Origin: Candidatus Iainarchaeum sp.
GTDB lineage: Archaea; Iainarchaeota; Iainarchaeia; Iainarchaeales; GCA-2688035
Direction of reading: 5' to 3'
DNA length: 64,000 nucleotides
Assembly (NCBI GenBank): GCA_017610205.1
Contig: JAFCCL010000005.1
Span: 30,106 to 94,105, forward strand
Position 1 is the stretch's first letter, and each line of letters starts with the position of its first letter. The notes below the pieces were generated by a model, which saw nothing but the letters and a program-made list of their open reading frames with translations, was not told the origin of the DNA and did not search any database. Made by a program: the position numbers and the translations under genes. Below, piece by piece: positions 38,395 to 48,018 of the stretch.

Positions 38395-39399
38395 GTGGGC
38401 TTAAGTAAAATTGACCTGAAAGTTTTGAATTTTATCTGCTTAAAAGGGGCTCAAATGCCGGAAACAGAAATTGCAAAACAGCTCAGGCTAAAGCCAAGCA
38501 CTGTTTCATATTCTTTAAAAAAAATGTTTAGGGAAAAATCCATTCTTGGTTATAGGTACAGAGTTAATTATGCAAGACTTGGTCTTGTTACCACTGCATG
38601 GGTTTTGCTTAGAATAAGGTCTGCAAATATTGATTCATTTGAACTCTTTGACAAGATGCTTAAATTTCCACAGGTTCACGTTGCTTCATTTATTACCGGT
38701 GAATTTGATATTGCCCTCAAAGTTCTTGAACGTGATGTTTCGTGCGTTGATTCTTTTGTAAGAGAATTATCAAAAACCTTTTCTGAATTTATTGATAGTG
38801 CAGAAGTTCTTTTGGTTACCAAAAATTACAAAAACCACAATATTTTGCCAAAGCACAATTCCTGCCTTAAATCATTTGACAAAACAGATTTTAAAATACT
38901 TTCAAGCAGAATGGATTCTCCAAAAAAAGAGCTTGGTCAGATTGCGTCAGAGCTTAATTTGCACAGGAATACTGTTAGCAAGCGTTGGAAATCATTTTGG
39001 AAAGAAAACGTTCTTGTAAAAAAAACACCGGTTGTAAATCCATTACATTACACAAAGCTAAAACTTTCAACAAAAGCCATTGTACTTATTGATGTAACCC
39101 CTGAGGTTAGTGATTTACTTGCAAAAAAGCTTTTAGAAATGGATGAAGTTCACGAGCTAAACCGGATTTTGGACGGGTTTTCACTAATGGCAATAATAAG
39201 AACAGCTGACATTCCTTCATTTCTTGATTTTCTCAAGTGGGTGTTGTTTGAAAATTTTGGAAAAGCCAAAATCAAAAAAACAGTTTCAACAATAGTGCTT
39301 AAATCAAAACCTCACAAACAAAATTATCTGCCTCAATTGCTTGACAAAAAAATAATCAGGTTTAGAAAAGAAAAACTTGTGTGCAATTACCGTTCCTAA
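38395..39399 (+). CDS. tandem-domain Lrp/AsnC regulator
   Basis: two HTH+RAM units. Confidence 0.85.
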   Translation: MGLSKIDLKVLNFICLKGAQMPETEIAKQLRLKPSTVSYSLKKMFREKSILGYRYRVNYARLGLVTTAWVLLRIRSANIDSFELFDKMLKFPQVHVASFITGEFDIALKVLERDVSCVDSFVRELSKTFSEFIDSAEVLLVTKNYKNHNILPKHNSCLKSFDKTDFKILSSRMDSPKKELGQIASELNLHRNTVSKRWKSFWKENVLVKKTPVVNPLHYTKLKLSTKAIVLIDVTPEVSDLLAKKLLEMDEVHELNRILDGFSLMAIIRTADIPSFLDFLKWVLFENFGKAKIKKTVSTIVLKSKPHKQNYLPQLLDKKIIRFRKEKLVCNYRS

Positions 39400-40023
39400 T
39401 TAGTTTCTTGTTTTTGCAATAAGGTAACCTGCAAGAAGTGCAACTGAAACAATTCCAAAAAGGAGTACTGTCATTTCAAAAGTAAAAGGGGTGCCTGCAT
39501 TAACTGCTGAAGCAACGCCATCATTTACTGCTGCAGGAGCTGCAGTTCCGCTTGCCACTGTTCCTGTAACAATTTGTTCTGCAACAACTTTGGCACTGTC
39601 AACTGCTCCTAAAACAAATCCTCTTTCCCCTGACTCAATAAATGCCTGACCTGCATCTATTCCTGCAAAAGACATTGTTTGCTCTTCAACAATTGAAATA
39701 AATGAATAAAGAAGTCCAACAAGGCCAAACAAACTTATCCCCAAGACAATAAACACATTTATTGGAGTCTGGTGCAAAAAGATATTTTTTCCCTTTTTTG
39801 TAAGGCCGTAATATTTCCATTTTCTGCCTTCGTCTAGTTCCTCTATAAAATCTGCTGTTTTAAGAATGCTAAGGTGCTGTTTTACTGTTGGAGCAGCCAA
39901 CCTGAGCTTTTTGCTCATCTCTGTAAGGGTGTGGTTCCTTCCTCTAAGAAGTTTGATTATCCCTGCCCTTGTCTCAGATGCAAGTGCCTTGAATTCAGGC
40001 CCGGAGAGTTTTATTTCTTCCAT
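39400..40023 (-). CDS. ArsR-type wHTH regulator with C-terminal TM helices
   Basis: FKALASETR...QHLSIL...RKWKYYGLT; 2 TM. Confidence 0.85.
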   Translation of the reverse strand: MEEIKLSGPEFKALASETRAGIIKLLRGRNHTLTEMSKKLRLAAPTVKQHLSILKTADFIEELDEGRKWKYYGLTKKGKNIFLHQTPINVFIVLGISLFGLVGLLYSFISIVEEQTMSFAGIDAGQAFIESGERGFVLGAVDSAKVVAEQIVTGTVASGTAAPAAVNDGVASAVNAGTPFTFEMTVLLFGIVSVALLAGYLIAKTRN

Positions 40024-40127
40024 TATATCAACTAATATATTGTTCAAGCTTATTTAAAAAAATTTCATTTTACTTAGGTTTGTAACTAACCTAATTATTT
40101 ATATATCTTAAACACATTCTTTAACTT

Positions 40128-41063
40128 ATGCAGTTTGATTTAAACAGTATGCAGTTTGATTTAAATGTTTTTTTTTACGAAACAGCAATTCCTGCGGCTG
40201 ATGAAATAATTTCAAAAGCCCTTGGAGGCGATGTAACAACAATTGCCCTTTTGGGAATTGGCATAATAGTTCTTTTTGTTCTGTCTATTTTATTTCTTGA
40301 ACTTGCGGCATGGCTTATAAATCTTGTAAAACGTTTTTTTCTCTTTGTTATAGTTGCAATTTCAATACTGCTTTTCTTTGTTTCATTTCAGCACAAGATT
40401 TTTGTACCGGAACCGGATATAACCTTGGTAATTGCCGGAATAGTTGGGATAGCGTTTGCAGTTATTGCACTCTTAATTTCATTCATTTCGCTTAAAAGGG
40501 AATGGCAAAAGCCAAGGGAGCAAAAGGTTGCCGAATTAAAGTCGGAAATGAAAAAGATTGTTTCAGCTCAGTTTGAAAGAGAGCTTGAAGGAAAAGAGCT
40601 TGAAGAAAAAGCCATAAAAGAGGCAAGACCTGAAATAACACCGACACAGGTTCAGCCAATCTCAATGCTTTCAAGGCAGGCGTTTTCTCCTGCAAAATTG
40701 TTTTCTTCATTCAGTGACAGAAGCCTTCTTGCAGTTTTGAGTTACATGGTTGTAGCAGAATTTGGAGTAATAAGCGGGATAACAATTTCTGCGCCAAATC
40801 CAAGTGTTGGCCTTGTATTCTTTGCAGTATTTCTTGTAGCAGCCCTTCTTTTCATAAAAAACACTTACCACAATTACCTAACTGGATTAAAGCACCTTAT
40901 AGTTGCCCTTGCAGTGGGAGGAGCACTGTCAATAGCCCTAAGCCATATATGGCTCGGAGTCCCTCTTTCAACCCTGTTTTCAATGCAATACTTTGCAACA
41001 AATGCCCTTGTTGCACTTGTAACGGGCTTGGCAGTAAGCCTGTTTATGGGAAGCAAAGGATAA
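40128..41063 (+). CDS. hypothetical polytopic membrane protein
   Basis: about 7 TM with central coiled region; duplicated start MQFDLNS-MQFDLN. Confidence 0.75.
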   Translation: MQFDLNSMQFDLNVFFYETAIPAADEIISKALGGDVTTIALLGIGIIVLFVLSILFLELAAWLINLVKRFFLFVIVAISILLFFVSFQHKIFVPEPDITLVIAGIVGIAFAVIALLISFISLKREWQKPREQKVAELKSEMKKIVSAQFERELEGKELEEKAIKEARPEITPTQVQPISMLSRQAFSPAKLFSSFSDRSLLAVLSYMVVAEFGVISGITISAPNPSVGLVFFAVFLVAALLFIKNTYHNYLTGLKHLIVALAVGGALSIALSHIWLGVPLSTLFSMQYFATNALVALVTGLAVSLFMGSKG

Positions 41064-41143
41064 TAATCTGGTTCAAACTTCTCCCTGGGCTTAAAACAGA
41101 AAGTTCAAATCCAATAGCACAAAAGGCAACTGCTAACAGTTTT

Positions 41144-42124
41144 TCAATTTCTTGGAAAGAGATTGTGTTTCAGCTCTTTAAAGTAATGCAGTGATTCAAA
41201 GTCTTTGATTATGTCAGAAAACTTGTACCTTATTTCATTTAAGAGTTTGTGGTACGCGTCCTCGTTTTCAATGTTTATGTCAAGCTCCAAGTCAGTTACT
41301 CCAATCAGTTCGTTTGTATAGATTATGTAAGGATTGTGGCGGCAGAAGGCAAGCAGGCCATTAAATCTTTCTCTGTCAAATCTCTTAAAGTAAAGGTGAA
41401 GCTTGAAATAAGTGAATCCAATCTTTCTGAGGTTCAGGCTGATTCCAAAGCCCTGGATTATTCCGGCTTCTTTCATCTTTTTTATTTTGTGTGAAACTGA
41501 TTTGGCGGAAACGCAAACCTTTTTTGCAATATCAATGCTCTGTGCCCTTGAATTCGAAGCAAGAATGGAAAGTATTTTGAGATCTTTTTTATCAACTTCG
41601 ATTCTCTTACTCCTGCCACAAGAGAAGGAAGGAATTTCATCCAATACTTTATCCTTTAAAAGAAATAGCTTTGGGAACTGGATATATCTGTCAAAGACCG
41701 AAACCTGTTTGTCATGGATATAATCGCCATACTTCGAAAGCAGGTTTCTCCAGAAGCCTGAAAAATCGCTTATGCTGTCTGCCCAGTAAATAAAATTCAA
41801 GTCCCAGGCTCCGTTAACCGAAACACACCAGCCAACTTTTTCAGCCTTAACAAGGTATTCTTGCAGGGCTTTCTCTTTCTCAGGAGTTACGTTGTAGAGC
41901 CTTATCAGTGTCCTAAATACGAGTATTCCAAGCTTGCAGGTGTCAATCCTCGTAAAGAAGGAAGTGATAACGCCCTCTTCCTGCAATTTCTTTATGCGAT
42001 AGTTTGTTACCTCTTTGCTTAGCCCAACCTTTTTCCCGATTGACTGAAGGCTCTGTCTTGAATCCAAGTCCAATTCAAAGAGAATCTTCCAATTCTTGAT
42101 ATCCAAATCTACCATATTTAACAT
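41144..42124 (-). CDS. tandem-domain Lrp/AsnC regulator
   Basis: two HTH+RAM units; paralog of 43391-44386. Confidence 0.88.
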   Translation of the reverse strand: MLNMVDLDIKNWKILFELDLDSRQSLQSIGKKVGLSKEVTNYRIKKLQEEGVITSFFTRIDTCKLGILVFRTLIRLYNVTPEKEKALQEYLVKAEKVGWCVSVNGAWDLNFIYWADSISDFSGFWRNLLSKYGDYIHDKQVSVFDRYIQFPKLFLLKDKVLDEIPSFSCGRSKRIEVDKKDLKILSILASNSRAQSIDIAKKVCVSAKSVSHKIKKMKEAGIIQGFGISLNLRKIGFTYFKLHLYFKRFDRERFNGLLAFCRHNPYIIYTNELIGVTDLELDINIENEDAYHKLLNEIRYKFSDIIKDFESLHYFKELKHNLFPRN

Positions 42125-42210
42125 ATGGCCTAAATAGTTTATAAATACTACTATTTGATAAAAAATAGTGTTATATGTTTTAATTAAGCGGAAGATAGCC
42201 TAATTTTTAT

Positions 42211-43305
42211 ATGGAAACAAGACCTGAGGAAAGCAAGGCCACAGTAGACAAAGGGCATTATTTCCAAGAAATGAAGGAAACTTGGAAACATACCTTCGAA
42301 TACATGCAGCAAAAGCTTTCGCAAATAGAAACCAAGGATAGGGAAGCTATTCTTGCTTTGCGAGAAAACTATGTTGTAAAGAAAAGAATCTCGGATAAGA
42401 ATCCCAAAGTAAGGCCCTTTTTAATGAGGCTTAGTTTTGAGGTTTGCGGTGGCGGCAACTGGAAAAGGATAATTCCCGCCTGTGCAGCAGTTGAGTTCCT
42501 CAACATTTCAACATATGTTACAAACGCTGTTTTTGACGAAAAAGGAGAGAGCAAAACAAAGAAGGACGTAAACCAGTATATAATTGATGCAATGTTTCTT
42601 AGAGATTTGGCCGCTGAATGCCTTTTGGAAGTCAAAGTCAGTCTCTCTCCGGAAGAAACAAGAGCAGTTGTTGGTAAACTTGCTGAAATCAACAAACTTG
42701 TTTACCTTGGCCAATACGTTGATTTGTACCAGCTAAAGAAAAAGAATCTTAAAAGATTCAACTCATTCGAAGAAATGAAACAGCTTTACGAGAAAAGAAC
42801 AGAATACTTTTGCGGTCACTTTATGAGCAATATAGCATACATTGGAGCAATCCTGGCAAATGCCACCGGAGAACAGATTAAAGTACTAAAAAATTTTGGC
42901 TTAAACTATGGCACAGGCATTCAGATAGCAAACGATTTAGGAGACTTTGTTTTTGGCAAAGCCAAGGACTATGAAAAAAGCTACAAGGACCAGTACTCTG
43001 ACATCAAACAAGGAAAACTGACCTATCCAATAATTCTTGGACTTGAAACAGAAGAAAAAAACAACTTCAAAAAGTTGCTGGGAAAAAAGAACGCAAGCAA
43101 AAGAGAGCTTGTAGCCCTAACAAAATATTTGATTAAATCCGGAATAGTTGACAAAACAAAGGGACTTTCAAAAACCAGATATTACAAGAGTAAAAAAGAA
43201 CTGAAGAAACTTCCAAAGTCAGACACGAGAATAATGCTTTCCTTAATGGCATCTATGTTAAGGTCAAACAAATACTTTGTATTCCTAAGAAACTTTGCAA
43301 AATAA
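42211..43305 (+). CDS. polyprenyl synthetase-fold protein with degenerate Asp-rich motifs
   Basis: KVRP, ACAAVE, GQYVDL, FGLNYGTGIQIANDLGD, SDIKQGKLTYP. Confidence 0.8.
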   Translation: METRPEESKATVDKGHYFQEMKETWKHTFEYMQQKLSQIETKDREAILALRENYVVKKRISDKNPKVRPFLMRLSFEVCGGGNWKRIIPACAAVEFLNISTYVTNAVFDEKGESKTKKDVNQYIIDAMFLRDLAAECLLEVKVSLSPEETRAVVGKLAEINKLVYLGQYVDLYQLKKKNLKRFNSFEEMKQLYEKRTEYFCGHFMSNIAYIGAILANATGEQIKVLKNFGLNYGTGIQIANDLGDFVFGKAKDYEKSYKDQYSDIKQGKLTYPIILGLETEEKNNFKKLLGKKNASKRELVALTKYLIKSGIVDKTKGLSKTRYYKSKKELKKLPKSDTRIMLSLMASMLRSNKYFVFLRNFAK

Positions 43306-43390
43306 TTGAGAACAAGTGTTGTAAATTAAGCTTCTCTTACTAATCTTCTTAGCAGCAAATCAAATTCCGGCATTTCTTTTAACTTCCCGA

Positions 43391-44386
43391 TTATTTTGCA
43401 GAATTTTTGAATGGGAAATAATCCAGTTTGTGTTCTTTATATATTAGAAGTGTGTCGTAGTCTCTTATGACATCTGAGAATTCATTTCTAATCTTCAATA
43501 AGATCTTGTGTAGTCTTTCCTCGTTTTTCACTTCAAATTCCAATTCGATATCCCAACTGCCCAGCAACTTTAAGAATTGCACTCCTTCAGGGTGCTGTTT
43601 TACAAAAGATTTCAGTTCATTTTCTTTTTCCGGAGAGAGTTTCTGCAATCTTAGAATAATTTTGTGCAGTTGATAACCCAGCTTGCTTAAATCGATAATG
43701 GCCCGGTATTGAACTATAACATTGTCTTTTTCCAATTTTTTTAGCCTGTAGTTGATTACATCTCTTGTCAGGTCGGTTTTTTGCATTAAGTTCAAAACAG
43801 AAATTCTTGCATTGGTTGACAGCAATGCCAATATTTTGTTTTCTATTTCATCAAGTTCATAATGCCCTATTTCTCCACCATAAACAAATTCTTCTTTTTC
43901 CTTTTGTTCCGCTAGATATGTTTTTGTAAAAACCGGCGAGGTTTGTGTGATAAGAATATTTTTTTCCAAAACAAACAAGCCATAAGCGTTAATAAAATCT
44001 GTTAGAATATGCCCCAATTTGTTTACATTTTTTGCCAAAATAGAAACAGCTAAGTCCCATCGCCCTCTGCAAGCGGCAACCCAAATAGAATTCTTGTTGC
44101 CAACCCAGTATTCAATAATCTCTTTTTCTTTGTTTGTGTCTATGTTCTGAAACTTGAAGTAAAGCTTATACTGGGTGTAACCGAGTTTGGAGAAATTAAT
44201 TACTGTGTAAAACTCAGATATCACCTTTAAGTTTATTAAATTCCTTAGCCTGTAGTCAACAACCTGCTTACTCAAGCCAACTTTTTTACCCAATTGGGAC
44301 AAAGGCAGCCTGCTGTTAAGATCCAGTTGGAAGAGAAGCTTTCTATCCCTTTTATCCAATTTTACTTGGTTTTCCAGCATATACAA
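43391..44386 (-). CDS. tandem-domain Lrp/AsnC regulator
   Basis: two HTH+RAM units. Confidence 0.88.
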   Translation of the reverse strand: MYMLENQVKLDKRDRKLLFQLDLNSRLPLSQLGKKVGLSKQVVDYRLRNLINLKVISEFYTVINFSKLGYTQYKLYFKFQNIDTNKEKEIIEYWVGNKNSIWVAACRGRWDLAVSILAKNVNKLGHILTDFINAYGLFVLEKNILITQTSPVFTKTYLAEQKEKEEFVYGGEIGHYELDEIENKILALLSTNARISVLNLMQKTDLTRDVINYRLKKLEKDNVIVQYRAIIDLSKLGYQLHKIILRLQKLSPEKENELKSFVKQHPEGVQFLKLLGSWDIELEFEVKNEERLHKILLKIRNEFSDVIRDYDTLLIYKEHKLDYFPFKNSAK

Positions 44387-44507
44387 CTAAATATTACCAT
44401 ATTAGCCACATATATTTAAATCTTACTAATTTGTCAAAATTTTGAATAAAAAGTTTGTTATATGTGCTAAGATGTAATTATTTACATGGCATAACCGGAG
44501 GTTTGAA

Positions 44508-44678
44508 ATGGAACCAGAAAACATATTTAGTACTGTGTCTGCTGAAAAGCTGGAGATGGCTAAGAGATTCAAGGAGCGAATACTGTCATACCCAAACCCG
44601 GTTGAGTTTGTAAACAACATGTATGGCTGCCATCCAGGTGAGGGCGGCACAGACTATTTCAGGGGGATATACGGTTAG
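44508..44678 (+). CDS. putative RiPP precursor peptide (56 aa, two XYG motifs)
   Basis: GGAGG RBS; MEPENIFSTVSAEKLEMAKRFKERILSYPNPVEFVNNMYGCHPGEGGTDYFRGIYG; 28 nt upstream of the rSAM gene. Confidence 0.7.
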   Translation: MEPENIFSTVSAEKLEMAKRFKERILSYPNPVEFVNNMYGCHPGEGGTDYFRGIYG

Positions 44679-44706
44679 ATTCCCAAAAGCACGGGAGCAA
44701 AACAAA

Positions 44707-45831
44707 ATGCCTAGTGAAAGCTTTTTTGAAACCTGGGGAAAAAACATTGAAGACTTGATTGAGAGGCATCCACTTCAAATAATTAGCTGGGAAGCTACAA
44801 GAAGATGCAATCTAAATTGTGTTCACTGCGGTTCACCTGCTGAAAACGCTGTCATAAAAGAAGAGTTAACAACAGGGGAAGTGATTAACGCCTTCAATCA
44901 AATTGCTAAAGATTTTGACATGAGCGAATTCAAACACATAAACATTACTGGCGGAGAACCGACTGTAAGGGAAGACTTACTTACTATCCTAAAAGAGTTA
45001 AGCAAAAAGCCATTCTATAGAAACGTTGACATCCAAACCAACGGCGTGATTATCGCGCACAATCCAAAAATATTAGAGGAGTTTAAAAAATATGGCGTAA
45101 CAGGAATAGGGATTAGCATTGACGGTTTAAGAGAAACAAATGATAAGTTTAGAAAAAAGAAAGGGCACTTTGATGAAGCATTTAAAGCTGCAAAGTTAGC
45201 TGTAGAAAAAGGCTTTGAGGTAACGGTTTCAACGGTTGCACACTCAAAAAACGTTAATGAAATCCCTAAATTATATGAACTCATAAAGAGGGAAATTCAT
45301 CCAAGGATTTTCAGAATAATGACTATAGACTCAATCGGAAGAACTAAAACAAACAGAGAATATTTGTTGTCGCCAGAGCAGACAAGGGAAGTGATAAATT
45401 TCCTGTTTAAAGAATATGTAGAAAATTGTGAAAACTACAAAAACTCAAAGGAAACAATGATTGAACTCGGCTGTGGTGGCTGGCTTGGATGCGAATTAGA
45501 GGGATTAATCAGGCCGTATGTTTTTCACTGTATTGCTGGAGTCAACAACCTGGGAATTTTGCATGACGGAAAACTGGCTGCTTGTTCGAATATTCCTAGG
45601 GAAGAAGGTTTTATGGAAGGAGACTTGCGAACGGAAAGAATCAAGGAAGTCTGGGAAAATAGATACCAAAGATACAGGGGCTTTGAATGGAAAAAAGTTG
45701 GTGAATGTAAAAACTGTTCAGAATGGCGTTATTGCCATGGAGGTCCAATACACAAGAGATTGAGAGATGGGAAAATGCTTGACTGCCTGTACCAAACATA
45801 TTTTCATAAAAAGGATTACAGGAACAACTAA
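44707..45831 (+). CDS. radical SAM/SPASM peptide maturase, splicease (PlpX/TIGR04133)-like
   Basis: WEATRRCNLNCVHCGS, TGGEP, CIAG..LGILHDG..AC, CKNC...CHGG...C; start MPSES after GGGAG. Confidence 0.85.
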   Translation: MPSESFFETWGKNIEDLIERHPLQIISWEATRRCNLNCVHCGSPAENAVIKEELTTGEVINAFNQIAKDFDMSEFKHINITGGEPTVREDLLTILKELSKKPFYRNVDIQTNGVIIAHNPKILEEFKKYGVTGIGISIDGLRETNDKFRKKKGHFDEAFKAAKLAVEKGFEVTVSTVAHSKNVNEIPKLYELIKREIHPRIFRIMTIDSIGRTKTNREYLLSPEQTREVINFLFKEYVENCENYKNSKETMIELGCGGWLGCELEGLIRPYVFHCIAGVNNLGILHDGKLAACSNIPREEGFMEGDLRTERIKEVWENRYQRYRGFEWKKVGECKNCSEWRYCHGGPIHKRLRDGKMLDCLYQTYFHKKDYRNN

Positions 45832-45860
45832 CGCTGAGTTAAACCTGAGCCAATAATCTA

Positions 45861-47037
45861 TTATGCCTCTCGTACGAGCTTCCTTAGCAACAAGTCAAAC
45901 TCTGGCATTTGTTTGAGTTGTTCTATTATTTTGTCGTCTGCTTTTTGTTCGTTCCAGAATGGTTGTTCATCTTGCAGCATTGGGTTGTTTTCTTTTTTGA
46001 GCATGGCAAAGTATTGTTCGATGCATTGTTTGTAGCTTATTTGAGTGTAAACCTTTTCCTGGTCTTTGAAGCCCCAACCAAGCCAGTAGTGCTTTATTGC
46101 ATAGCTCCAGTCAAAGCTCCTGCTGGTAAAAATGTTTCTGAAAAAGTGCAAAGCACACCTTTCCTTCCAGGGGATTCCAGTCTTAGCCTAAGCTGTGTCA
46201 AAGCTTTTCTTTATTGCCGCATAAGTTATTGGCTTCCCGTTAGACTGGCAGAAAAAGAAAGCTTCAGCCCCTGCTCGTTTGTTTGGCGAAAGTTTTGCCC
46301 AATTCTCCTGGTAAGGCTTTGCCAGATAGCTGATAACGGTTCGCGGAACAGTCTTTGACTTTGGAAAACCCACAACCAAATAATTCTTTTCAGGCCTAAC
46401 ATGCTTGTTGCGCATTGAAAGAATTTCGCTGATTCAAGCGCCTGTATCATTAGCCAAAGCCATAATAGCCTGGTTTCTTATGGAAAACTTGTCGCTGGTG
46501 TAAGCACTGATAAGCTCTTTTACTTCCTCTTCCGTTGGCATTCTGCTGCAAAGCTCTGGCCTGGGCTCCTTCGGCATTTCAAGGAAAGCCATCAAATCCA
46601 GCTTTTGGTTGCCATTCAATCCATAAATCCATTTGAGAAATCGCTGGCAGCTCTTGAATTTCTTCTGAAGAGTGCCATGCCTTACCTCTTTTTCTTCGTA
46701 GCGCCTTAATTCTTGCTCCCACCATTCCTTTAATTGCACTTGGGTTACTTTGTTTGCAGGAGTTTGGCCAAAGCCAATATATGGCCAAAACTCAGGCTGA
46801 GCTCAAATTCTTCTCAAAAGTGCATACGCAGAATTCCTGCCTTTTAATCTTGCGGATTATCCAGGCCACATATTCCAACAGCTTTTCTTGGTTGTAGCTG
46901 CAAAGCTTTGTTTCAAAATTAGGGTGATTGTTTGCCTTAATGTTGTTTATTACGCGAATTCTTTGCTTTCCTCTTCTATGCGAGCCAAAGTTGTTTTCAA
47001 AAACGCTTAAATCCAGTTCCTCTAAATTCATGTCCAC
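45861..47037 (-). pseudogene. tyrosine recombinase/integrase pseudogene
   Basis: RNQAIM..DTGA*ISEIL (catalytic Arg position is TGA), KSKT, in-frame TAG at 46188, HFFR, LGW; additional stop at 46792 and frameshift near 46780. Confidence 0.85.
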
Positions 47038-47122
47038 TACCTTCCCTATCCCCTGTGTCAGGAATATTTAAAGCTTTGGACTTGAACTTTCTGCTCTCAT
47101 GCCTCCTGGAGCTACTGGCAAT

Positions 47123-47953
47123 TTACAGTTTCTTCCAGTATTTTTGCATTAACAGTGCATTTCCTTCAATGCTTGGGCTTTCGCAGATTATTCTTCCGGA
47201 AACATTTTTCTTGCGAAGTGCTTTCAAAAACCATTTGTAGTTGAAGGTGTTTTCCTCATCTTCCATATCCAAATGATTTCTTTCACCCTTTGCAGAAAAC
47301 CTTATCCCGGAAGCATGCATGTAAAGAAATTTCCTGTACTTTTTCGGAATTTCTTCAATCGCTTTTTCAAAATCCTTCTCGCTTTTGAACCTTCCGTTAT
47401 CGCGTGCATGCAGGTGTGAAAAGTCAACCATTGGAAGCAGACCCTTAACTTTTTTACACAATGTAATTGTTTCATTCAAAGAACCAAGCTGGCTTGCCTT
47501 CCCGGTTGTTTCAGGAGCCAGTTTTATCTTCCATTCCTTTTCCTCAATTTCTTCAGCCAATTCTTCAATTTTTCCAACAACCTTTTCAAGCACGTCTTTT
47601 TTGTCTTCGCCCTGAAAGTAGGCTGGATGAAATGTTACAATTTTTGCCCCGCACAATTCTCCAATTCTGGCAGAGTCCATTATTCTTTTTTTGCTTGCCT
47701 TAACCTTTTCCTCTTCTTTTGAGTTTAAATTAATGTAATACGGCGCATGAACGCTAAGACTTATCTCTTTTTTTTCACCTGCCTCCTTCACTTTCCTGGC
47801 AGTTTCTTTTCCCATGTTTACTCCTCGGACAAATTCAAGTTCCATTGCTTCAAGTCCAAGTTCTTTAACGCGAGCAATTCCCGAAATACTGTCTCTTTTT
47901 TTTGACGAAATTGGGATTCCTGCTGTTCCAAAAAGCATTTTTTGCTTTGCCAT
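47123..47953 (-). CDS. nfo: endonuclease IV
   Basis: FGTAG, HAPYYINL, FHP, PETTGK, DFSHLHAR, ICESP. Confidence 0.92.
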   Translation of the reverse strand: MAKQKMLFGTAGIPISSKKRDSISGIARVKELGLEAMELEFVRGVNMGKETARKVKEAGEKKEISLSVHAPYYINLNSKEEEKVKASKKRIMDSARIGELCGAKIVTFHPAYFQGEDKKDVLEKVVGKIEELAEEIEEKEWKIKLAPETTGKASQLGSLNETITLCKKVKGLLPMVDFSHLHARDNGRFKSEKDFEKAIEEIPKKYRKFLYMHASGIRFSAKGERNHLDMEDEENTFNYKWFLKALRKKNVSGRIICESPSIEGNALLMQKYWKKL

Positions 47954-48018
47954 GCCATTTTACCTTAAGTCAATAGTTCTTTAATTAATTTGCTGAATTA
48001 CTTTATTATTGTGATTTA

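Larger units (their letters stand above)
41097..47093. mobile_element. inverted-repeat-bounded genomic island with tyrosine recombinase pseudogene
   Basis: CAGAAAGTTCAAATCCAA (41097-41114) versus the reverse complement of 47076-47093 (17/18); integrase remnant at the right end. Confidence 0.6.

Noticed and set aside
41069-41091. tRNA 3'-end-like sequence (GGTTCAAACTTCTCCCTGGGCT) as an att remnant
   Set aside because: The T-arm does not pair and there is no matching tRNA or direct repeat in the window; suggestive only.
45824-45845. attC-like site (CTAAC..GTTAAAC)
   Set aside because: Too short, with no hairpin and no second copy.
45861-46800. Stop-codon recoding in the recombinase
   Set aside because: Both TGA and TAG occur along with a frameshift, and both codons terminate normal genes here; pseudogenisation is simpler.
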